Positions 1 to 10,600 of a DNA stretch of 64,000 nt are shown here, piece by piece. The notes under the pieces were generated by a model. That model did not search any database. It worked only from the letters and a program-made list of their open reading frames with translations, and was not told the DNA's origin. Every line of letters starts with the position of its first letter. The stretch's first letter is position 1. Location of the stretch: NCBI GenBank assembly GCA_043228905.1, contig JBHGNT010000002.1, positions 8,432,001 through 8,496,000 of the forward strand, in the 5' to 3' direction. This stretch comes from Azolla caroliniana (lineage: Eukaryota; Plantae; Polypodiophyta). The position numbers and the translations under genes are program-made.

Positions 1-600
1 TCTATACATACATTACCAAAGCCAAGAATATGCAAAATCATGCATTACAACATCTTCCTTTGAATGTTGGATGTAAACTACAAGAATCACAAGAGTAAAG
101 TTGTCTCTTTTAATTGGGTAGTCGATATCACAAGAAGATTCAAAAGATGGGGAGTGGACGATCTCTTAGAGCTTTCAAATGATGCTATGAAATATGTAGT
201 TATCGAGGAAAGGTTAATGGAACTACTAAGGAAGAAGTAGACAAATGCTAAAAGGACAAAGTTACAATATTACATTGCAAACATCAACCTTGAATGTTGG
301 ATTCAATGTAATACAAGAAGGCTTGTTGATCGTATTTAACCTTATCTCATTACTAACATGATTATAACTCTTGTAGAGCCCTAACCCTTTGTGGCACTTA
401 ATTACGCAAGCTAGGTATATCGTAGTTGCATTGTGGCATCAAAATCCATCAAAATTGCAAGGAAGGGCAAGTAGAGGATAAGTATCACTTGCTTTTTACA
501 TGCATCACATATAGTACAATTTGTGAAAGTTACAATGACCTATTAAGAAGGGGTAATTACTTGAGTCATGAAAATATTATCAAATATACTTTATATACAA
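1..600 (+). pseudogene. Decayed LINE ORF2 3' end (C-terminal zinc-finger-like motif)
   Basis: ORF 426..647 contains CKEGQVEDKYHLLFTCITY, resembling the CxxC..EDxxHxxxxC motif at the end of non-LTR ORF2; upstream frames are broken by stops. Confidence 0.5.
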
Positions 601-604
601 TATT

Positions 605-1080
605 TAAAATGCCATCCACCACACCTTCTAGCTTTGGAATCAAATAAACCATTCCTTCATTCCACTTAGTAGGCATTCTTCCCAAGAAAAATCTCTTGTA
701 AGGAGGATGTGAAAACATCGGCTATATCACCCCAATACTCTAACAAAAATTATGGTAATAATCCATCATTTCGTGGACATACATTCTTCCCAACAGGCAC
801 CAATGTAGGTCTTACCTCTGCAAAAGAGATTTCCGTCACCAATGATTAATCCATCTCATTTGAAACCTTATGTTCCAAACTGTCCAAAACTATTTTTCTT
901 TTTTGGAGTTGTTGAACCGAAAATTGTTGGGTTATTAGTAGATTTTTATAAAAGTTCATAGCAATGTCCCTCATTTCATTAGTGTCCTTTGTAATAGACC
1001 CATCTTCCCTTTGAAGTTCTCTCATACAACTACCTGAATGACCACCTTGATAAGATGCAAAACATTCGGAATTCACATTA
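605..1080 (-). pseudogene. L1-like LINE ORF2 fragment (linker and start of RT)
   Basis: MRELQREDGSITKDTNEMRDIAMNFYKNLL, then in broken frames GKNVCPRNDGL and MVYLIPK, which match the L1 RT-proximal motifs KSPGxDG and IxLIPK. Confidence 0.7.
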
Positions 1081-1139
1081 TCAGCTAATCGAGTTCACTT
1101 TGCGATGGATTAGTATACCAACATTTCTTCTTTATATAA

Positions 1140-1830
1140 TCCTGATTATCCACCCCATCTTGATATTCTCCAACTTTGTCATGATTCCCTATGAGAGAAG
1201 ATTAAGATTTTGTAATTGCTGAAATAATTGAGTTGATAAGAAAGAACTATTGGTGGCCTTCCCTCAAAAATCAGTTCGAACTTTTATCAATTCAAGTGAC
1301 ACTTATTGTGAGGTTTAACACCCAACACATGTTACTCCATCCAATACGGGTACCTGATGTGCCTTGGAAAAGCATCTCCATCAACTTCACCTCAAAACTT
1401 CTACAATCACATAATTATGATTCCATTCTCATGGTCATTGATCATTTTTCTAAATGGCACATGTCATACCAAGTTCATCATCTATCTTAAAGAAATCTAT
1501 AGCCACACTTCAACTTTGAGAAGTTTTTCGCCTTCATAGTCTACCATATGCTATTGTTAATGATTGATACCCACAATTCATCATGGACTTTTGGTAATGA
1601 CAATTGCAACTCTTACAAATCTATAAGGCACTATCCTCTAGGCACCATCCCTAAAGAAATGTTCATATTGACGAAACACAGATCTACCATTGTTATTGAT
1701 AGATGCCTACAATTCATCGGGGGCTTATGAAACAATCATTGCAACTCTTATGAATATATAAAACATTATCCCTTAGGCACCAATTAAAATCAAAGTTCAA
1801 ATTGAAGGAACCAACTAAACCGTAAAGAAG
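1140..1830 (+). pseudogene. Ty3/Gypsy integrase fragment
   Basis: KNYWWPSLK...LLHPIRVPDVPWKSISINFTSKL...YDSILMVIDHFSK is a typical Gypsy integrase segment; frameshifted, with an internal duplication near 1600/1740. Confidence 0.8.
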
Positions 1831-4138
1831 AATTTATGTTGTTATATTTCCGATCAAGAGGATTATTGAGCTAATTGACAGCGATATAGAAGTGATGACA
1901 TGATTTTTTTCATTTATTATAGTTTGTGGGCTATCATTAGAACATAGTTTGCATGGTACTATCATTGGTGTTTGAATAGGTTTGCAATCAACCATGTCAA
2001 ATTTCTTTAATATATCTTCCACCAACTTCTTTTGTGAAAAAGTGAGAGTACCTTCCATTCTATTTCGAGTCACTTTGATACCAATGCAAAACTCCAAACT
2101 TCAGTTTTAGTTGGGAGATGGTCTTGCACATAGCACTAATTGAATTTGAAGCAATAGGGAAGTCATCAACATATACACCAAGAAGTATACAAATTTTACC
2201 TTCCTTTTAGATGTATAAGTTTGGTTCTACCTGAAGAAGTTTGAATCCAATAGATTCAAGGTAAGTATGTAGCTTCAAATGCCACATTCTAGGTGATTGT
2301 TTGAGGCGGTATAAGGATTTCTTGAGTTTGCACACATAATGAGGATACTTTGGATCTACAAAGAAGGGAGGTTGCTCCATATAGATTTTCCTCATCCAAG
2401 TTGCCATGAAGGAAAGTCGTTTCTACATCAAGATGGTGTAATTCTAGGTTTAAGCCAACACTTCTAGCAAACATAAACCTTAGCGGAACAACTTTGAGAG
2501 TTGGGGAAATAGTGGTTGTGAAGTCAAGGCTTGGAACTTGTGAAAACCCTCGAGCAACAAGTCATGCCTTGTGTCGAAGTATAACTCCTTGTGAATCAAA
2601 TTTCTTGGTCAAAACCCATTTGTTTGAGATGATATTTCAGTTTTCTGGATGTGTAACAAGTTCCCAAGTGTCATTCTTTAGTAAAGCATCGGTCTCAATT
2701 TGCATTGTTTCTTTCCACTTGAAACTATCAGGTCCATGAATGGCTTCTTCAGCACTAAGGGAAAAAACATTATCATCAAGGATTTCTAAATCATCTTGTG
2801 CAAAATCCACTTCGGGAGAAAGATCAACCATTAGAGCTTCTAATGGTTTGGTGATCTCCATAATTTCTTTCAAGCTTTTGAACCTAGATCTCCTTGTGGG
2901 AAGACAAACGTAAGCATCTTCATCATCAAGCGATTCAAGGTCAAGATTTGACTCCAAATGGGAGGAAACTTCTTTAGGAGATCTAAGATCTGTATTAAAA
3001 CGGAACCTTAAGTTTGAATCGCAAGAAGAATGCCAAGATTTTCTTGAGTTTTCAAGATTTGTTGTAGAATCAAATGTTTTATGAGTTGAGTAAGATTCAC
3101 CATCATTTCTGATTTTTGAGCCTTTATTGTTTATAGCTAACAAGCGTGTTGATGTAGAATCTGTAGAATCCATCGCTGCAATTGTAGTGGCTAATATGGG
3201 AACTGTTGTTACTGGTTGTGCCGTCGAAAGTGCCGTCAAAATTGTTGATGTTGTTGTTAGAACAATTGTTGTTAATGTTGGAACTTTTGTTCTTGCCATT
3301 AGAATTGTTGTTGTCACTGTTGTCACTATTGGTTGTTGTCACTCTACTAATGTCATTTCAAAGTTTGTTTTCTCCTCCACTCTCAGTGGTTCTTTAACAT
3401 GTCTTCTTTCTTTTCTCAAGGAACTTCCATTGTTCACATGCAATTTATTTTGTATTTCCATTTTTCTATGTGACAGTTCAGTGTTGTAGAATAATCTTCA
3501 TCAAATGTCACAAACCTACCAAATATAAACTTTTGATTGCTAGGATCAAATAGTTTATATCCTTTCACACATGCAGCCTCATCATATCCTACCATGATAC
3601 ATTTCTTCGCATGTGGATCCAACTTCTTCTTTTTCTCTTGTGGTATGTGACTATATGCAATCGAACCGAACACTCTTAAATTTGAAAATTTTGGTTTATG
3701 CCCAAACAAAAACATGTATGGTGTGTGGAGACCTAGCAGTTTGTGTGGTGATCTGCTTTGTAAATAGCATGATGTAGGTAAGGGCGCTTGCCAAAACCGA
3801 TGTTCAAGTCCTGCCACTTGCAACATGCTTCTACTTGCATCTAGTAGTGTTCTATTATTTCTTTCTACCACTCCGTTCTGTTGTGGGTTGTGTGGTACAT
3901 TGAACTCATGTTTGATGCCATGTACATTGCAAAAATTCTGCCATTCATTTGAGACATATTGTCCACCATTATCTGACCTAATGTTGTTGATTTAACTTTG
4001 ACATTGGTTTTCAACCATGGATTTATAATAGATAAAGGCTTGGAAGGCTTCAAACTTTTTCTTTAAAAAATAAAGCATGGTAAATCTACTAAAGTCATCA
4101 ATGAATGAAATGAAATAGTGATTACCGGAAATAGATCG

Positions 4139-4272
4139 ACACGACAACTATGGGACTTAACCATGTAGCTTTTTTCACTGGTCGGATGAAACCGACCCGT
4201 AGCAACTTGTCAATTTCCTCTTTGACCGTTGCCGCATAGTTAGGGTTCATCCGGTAACGTCGTTGTGCTAGG
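4139..4272 (-). other. Gypsy RT N-terminal fragment inside the Copia integrase
   Basis: Minus strand reads AQRRYRMNPNYAATVKEEIDKLLRVGFIRPVKKATWLSPIVVV between the Copia integrase motifs VHSDLCGP and SISGNHYF. Confidence 0.8.
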
Positions 4273-5088
4273 ATTGGACCACACAAGTCCGAATGTACTA
4301 ACTACAACTTTCTTTCAGATCTGTGTCGCGTTTGCAAAGCGGAAACTTCTGTCTCGTTTGTTTCCCATAAATACATCCTTCACAAAGTGAAAGATATGTA
4401 AAAGTGTTGGCATACCCTCTCCAAGCTAATGAATTTGACATGTCTTCATAACTCAATTATAAAGTAGGTGTTTGAAACGATAGTGCCATTATTAGTAAAG
4501 TATGATCAACTTGAAAATTTCTTGAGGCAATGTGTGCTTCAATTGGTGTTTTTTCCATAGCTTGAAGGGGGTAAAGTCTTCCATGTATGGGAGAAGCCAT
4601 CTTTACAATTTGTCTTGATGGTAAGGTATATTTGATAATTGCACAATTGTGATAAAATTCAATTATTGCACCATTTGTCGTGGCTTCACTTACAGACAAC
4701 ATGTTCTTCGCCGAGCCTGGAACATAATATACGTTGGATATACTAATTGTTTGCTCGTTGTCTATTGACAGATGAATTATTTCCTTTCCTAAATCCAACT
4801 TGATTGCATTGTCATCAAATCTAACTTCCAAAGGTGTAGGAAGTTGGATGTAATCATGAAGAAGGTGTCTACTATGGGTAAGATGATGGATTGCACCTAT
4901 ATCAAACAACCATAAATTTCCCACATTGAATGTCTTATAGGTTGCCAGAAATTCTTGGATAAAAGGGCCAGTATCTTCTTGTTGGTTTTGTATTGAGGAT
5001 GTGTGCACATGTGCTAAGGTTCTTTTACTCTTATTCCTGTAATCGTATTTCTTCTTTCTACAATCTCTTTCCATTTGGCCCGCCTTAC

Positions 5089-5608
5089 TGTCATGGACAT
5101 GACAACAATCATGTCATGATTCAAACTCTTGACCTATTGTATTGTAATCAATTGATATGTTTTAACCAACACATCCAATACATGGTCACGTTATCGTAGT
5201 AGAATTTTGTAGATGATCTATTCTACGTGTATGAGATTTCAGAAACTTCCAGAAAGCTCCATAAGCTAGAAGCTTCTAGAAATCTCCAGAATATTGTAAT
5301 CAATTGATATGTTTTAACCAACACATCCAATACACGGACATGTTTCCTTAGTAGATTTTTGTAGATTATCTATTCTACGTGTATGAGATTTTAGAAGCTT
5401 CAAGAAAGCTCCAGAAGCTGGAACATTCCAGAAGGTTGTGCATGAAAATGAGTCTCTTCATGAAACTACATTTAGAGCCCACAAACATGTATAAATACAG
5501 GGGTTCACCTTGGCCCTAGTCAAGGTGAACAACACTAGTTACGGAAGCATAATATCAGTTCTTGTTCTCTTGTCTATTTCTCTCTCTCTTTCTTGTTCTC
5601 TCGCTTAT

Positions 5609-5647
<39 letters not shown>

Positions 5648-5677
5648 GTATTTAGCCTTGTCTACTCGTCTGTGACA
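5089..5677 (+). mobile_element. Solo LTR (Gypsy/chromovirus-type) in the Copia gag zinc knuckle
   Basis: TGTCA...TGACA termini; TSD CTTAC at 5084-5088 and 5678-5682; TATA box at 5490; ~150-bp internal duplication; splits CRYCGK|AGQMERDC; R region resembles the LTR at 62715-63050. Confidence 0.9.
5241..5434. promoter_or_regulatory. Heat-shock element cluster in the solo LTR
   Basis: Four nGAAnnTTCnnGAAn matches: 5241-5255, 5268-5282, 5393-5407 and 5420-5434. Confidence 0.7.
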
Positions 5678-7625
5678 CTTACCACAATATCGACAAATGA
5701 TTTGAGAGGAAATACCAAGGGCACCTGATTTTTTATTCTGGAACTTGTTTCCATCATGTATAATTGGTATGTTCTTTGTGCACTTATTATTGTTTGGGAA
5801 TTTGTTTTTGTTAAAATTACCTCTCTAATAACTTCATCGCAACAATCATTGCCATGTGTGGAGTGTCTAAGACATTTTGAGGCTTTCTCCTTCGAAGGTC
5901 TTCTTGCTTCATCTTCGAGATCAGATTTTGTAGAGAAAGTGTTGGATCATTCCCATGGATCACTATAAATGAGTCCCATGAAGTTGGTAACGCTCTCCAA
6001 ACATGATGTCTACCTTCATTTCTTCATCAATCTTGTTGCTTGCTGAAATTGCACTATCATATATGCGGATTGATATTTGCTAATGAAGGTGTCAAGTGAC
6101 TCATCTTCTTTCATTTCCAAAGTGACGAGGTAGCGAAATGAAAGGACTTCTGTGGTTCGATCTGATGGTTCGTGGTGTTCTTTAAGAACATCCCACATTT
6201 CTTTTGATGACTCAAAGTATTTGACAAGCTCAACTTGTTTATTTGTTAGATGCATGATGATTTCAGTCCTTGCATCCAGATCTTTCACCTTTCATTCTAT
6301 TGCTTCAAGTTGTGGTTGGTTGTTTGATCTCACCTTTGATTATTCTAAGCAAGTTCATTCATTGCTGGATGAGTTCCATCTTTAATTTCCACATCTTGTA
6401 GTTGTTTTCGTTTAATTTTTCGATTTTATACTTTCTTGTGGTAGGTGTTGTTGAGGCCATTGATGTTCCTTCACTCGAAGCCATTTCTATAGACCTTCTG
6501 GATCGACTTGTAGAGAATGTTTGGAGAGAAAATGGATATCTAGGATTGTTTTGGCACTGATACCATGTAAGTATTTCAGATAACAAAGCTTGTATGTATA
6601 AAAAAGCCCTAAAATGATGATTCTTATTGATGGTATATATACAAATACAATCTTGGGAAAACAGTTATATATGAACCTTCACAGTTCTTGAAATAAAACA
6701 ATTACATGTGAACCTTCATGGTTCTTTATTCATCGTAAAGTATTTTCTAATATCCTAATACATATATTGCTTACATTAATGATGTTCTAACACCAATGTG
6801 TAGTTTGCCAAGAACACCATGCAGGGCATGAATGCTCCTTCCTACGTTCACATCGCCCACAATATTGCAAATGTGGTAGAGCTTTCGTAATGCATGGCCA
6901 AGAAAATTGTCAACAGGCACCGAATGGAAGGTTTAGACAAGGACCACTAGTGGACCACCCTCGATCACCCCCGTAGGCCAAACCACCCACAATGACCTAC
7001 CATAGCCCCACACATGGTGAGCGAATGCACGATGAGCACAAGTTTTACAATGGGATGGCACAGTGGCCTCACTACAACCATCATGAGGTACCAATTCAGC
7101 CCCTCATGCCAACCCCTCCTCCCCAAAATAAGTGCAAGACTTCATCGAGTGCTTCCAACGGGAAGCATCTTGTGCAAGATGTGGCAGGGAACACCTCGAA
7201 CCCAATTGCCCAGAGAAAAAGAAGCGTGTCGACACAAAATCTATTGACAATAGTATCCTCCACCATTGGGGTTAACATGATCACTCTGTCCCAAAGGATT
7301 ACACACAACCTCAAGTGTCGCAAACAAGATCTCTCCACGACCGTACAAAGGAAACACAAGCCAAGGAAGAATAATTCGACATGGACTTCCCACAACATTC
7401 AGAACACGGAGGCAAGGCCGAAGAAGTGGCGACCATCCCCAAAGCGGAACTACCAACACACCTCACTTCCTTCCAAAACCCGCTCAAGGAGAAGAAAAGG
7501 GTTCAAAAATACATAGAACTCAGATGCCAAGAACAACTCGGGAAACCCCCTAGCATGCCGAGCCTAAATTTTGATCAACTAGAGGAATGGGAAAGCCTAC
7601 CACCCCACTCCGTGGAGGTACCTCC

Positions 7626-10600
7626 TATGGTAAACGAGAAATAGAAAGAGAGGGAGAAAGGGAGAGAGAGAAAGAGAGGGAGAAAGAATGTTTTTATGAT
7701 AATGTGTGTTTGTCTCTCTCTCTACAACCAACCAACCGACCACAGAGAGAGAATGTGGTGGTTATAGGTGCACCCTATTTTTGGGGTGCACCTTTTCATA
7801 TCATAAGGTTACGTTTTGTATTTACTTTCTTATTTACTTATTTACACTAATTAGTTTATTACAACACCCCCCCATAAACTAATTAGTTGTGAACCGTTGT
7901 AATCCTAAATTTTCACAACAAGTTTCAAATTTGTCCGGAGGGAGAGCCTTTGTTAGAAAATCAGCCCACATATGATTTGTTGATGTAAACTCTAATGTAA
8001 GCTTGTTTTCTTCGGCTAACTCTCGTATAAAGTGATATTTTAAATCCACATGTTTTGTTTTCTCTGAGTGCTTTGGATTCTTCGTTAAGTAGATGCATGA
8101 TATATTGTCGCAGAAGATTTTCAATTGGAGTGGTCCACATAGTTGGAGTTCTTTTATCACTGTTTGCAACCATAATCCTTCTTTAGCAGCCAATGCCACT
8201 GCTACGAACTCAGCTTCAGCAGATGAGAGTGTCACAGATTCTTGTTTTTTCGATTGCCACGTCACTGCTGCTCCTGCCATTATAAAAGAAAAACCAGCAG
8301 TAGATCTACGAGAATCAATGTCCCCCCCCCAATCCGAATCAGACCAACCAACAAGTGATTTGATTGGTCTTTCGGATTGGGATCGTTTATATGTTAATCC
8401 ATAGTTAGATGTGTGTTTTAAATATCGCATAACTCGTTGAAGTGATTTCCAATGCATAAGACCAGGGTTATGCATAAAGCGTGAAAGATAGTTAATTGCA
8501 AAACAAAGGTCAGGACGAGTCCCTGTGACTAAATATCGAAGTTTTCCTATTAATTGTTTAAAAGGAAATTGTTGCATAAAATTAATATCTCTTTTTGTGG
8601 TTGGACTATCAGATATCCTTAAGTTACATGTTAATGATAAGGGAGTAGTGCAAGGTTTAATGTTTAGCATTCCGAAGGATTTCAAAATTTCATTAATGAA
8701 TTTATTTTGATGAATGATCAAGGTGCCCATACTACGATTACGCGTAACTTGCATGCCTAGGAAATAAGATAGGGGACCTAAATCTGTTATTGAAAATGCT
8801 TTGGAAAGCTCTAGCTTTGCTTGAGTAATTTCAGATGGTGTTCCGACTATAGGAATGTCATCAACATATAATGCTACCACTAACAACCGATTAGATGAAT
8901 GATTATGTCTAATGTATATATTTGGTTCTGATAACAATCTAGAATAGCCATGTGAGAGCATAAAATTGTTAAATTTTTGAAACCATAACCTAGGAGATTG
9001 TTTGAGTCCATAAAGTGATCGATGTAATCGACACACATAGTTTGGTTGAGATTGTGACTCAAACCCAGGAGGTTGGGACATGTAGATTTCCTCAGGTAAA
9101 TCACCATGTAGAAATGCCGTTTGTACATCCAAATGATGTACTTCGAGATCAAGAATGGTGGCTAGAGCCATTAGGAGCCGAAAAGATGCCATACGGAGGA
9201 CGGGTGAAAATGTCTCAGAATAGTCAAGTCCTTCAACTTGAGAAAAACCACGAGCTACAAGTCGAGCTTTGTAACGTGCAACAGTACCATCAGGGTTTAG
9301 TTTTTTCTTCAACACCCATTTGCATGAAATAGGTGAGCGTCCCATTGGGAGTGGTACTAGAGTCCATGTTTTATTGGCCTCAAGAGATTCAAGTTCTTTT
9401 GCCATGGCGGCTTGCCAGTCTACACGATCTGGACTTTGCAATGCCTCATTGATAGTTAAGGGATCATCAGAGACGTCTGATGTGGTTGTCGGGGAACCAA
9501 GAGCCGAAAAAGCAAACTCAGGTTCAAATCGATGGTCCGCAACAAGGGCATCAATTTTTTGTGTGTGATCATAAAGATCTTGAATAGTACGAACTTTCTT
9601 TGGAGTCGATGTAGGGCTAAGTGAACTAGGTGATTTCGCATTGTCACAACAATTTTTATCTTCTACATGTTGACTATTAGTGGGATATGAGGTATTTCTA
9701 CATCCTATTTTAATTACTTTTGCATCATTGTGACCATTGGTTTTCCCCTTACCATTAAGGCGTGAGGATCTTCGTAGTGGGATCAAGAGATTTTGAATAG
9801 GATGGGAACCTGAATAATCAATGTGAGTTAATTGTGTTCTATCTAAAGGCTTTTCCTTATGAGTGCTAAATTGTTTATTAAGCCTTTGTTTAGTTTGCGT
9901 AGAGTTAGTGTTTAAAATTGGAGTATGTACATCAGTTTGTTGTGATTGTTTGGTTATTAGGGGCAATAAGTTGGAGTCATTGGTTGAAACTGGGACTTCT
10001 GGGCGAACCTCTAGAGATGAATGCATTAGTGGAGGAGGGTTAATTGGCATATGGTCAAGTGTGACTTGTTGAATTTCCGAGGACATTTGTGGAGCCCGCC
10101 AAGAATTAGTAGGTGATGATATTATTTCTTTATTAGATTCAATGTTAGACATGGTAGTCTCATCTTGTATCTTTTCATGGCCATGATGTGGGTGAGGATT
10201 AGATATTAGCTTATCTTCATCAAATATCACTCGTCGACTAAATATAAATCTTTTGGATTTTGGGTCATATAATCGATAACCCTTATAGCCATGAGGTTCG
10301 CCATACCCAACAAATATTGTGCGAACTGCGTGATTATCTAATTTTGATCGAGTTTCTAAGGGTACGAGTGCATATGATGGACATCCAAAGATTCTTAGAT
10401 TTTCATAATTTGGATTTTTTCCAAACCACAAGGAAAATGGAGTTGTCCTAATTGATCGACTATATGTTCTATTGAATATATAACAAGCGGTTGAAACGGC
10501 CTCTTCCCAATATGTTCGGGGAAGGTTTGCAATGGCGAGCATGCTACGAGTGGCGTCCATATACAACCGGTTTCGCCGTTCAGCCCTTGAATTGTGTTGG

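Larger units (their letters stand above)
1834..6792 (-). mobile_element. Decayed, 3'-truncated Ty1/Copia element
   Basis: 5' LTR ~6566-6792 (TG..CA); tRNA-iMet-type PBS tggtatcagtgcc at 6553-6565; gag (KLNENNYKMWKLKM), protease (WLFDIGAIHH), integrase (ERNNRTLLD, KKLDPHAKKC) and RT (HHLDVETTFLHG) fragments; many stops and frameshifts. Confidence 0.9.

Noticed and set aside
2637-3489. Thr/Asn-rich mucin-like ORFs
   Set aside because: Low-complexity integrase-RT linker of the decayed Copia.
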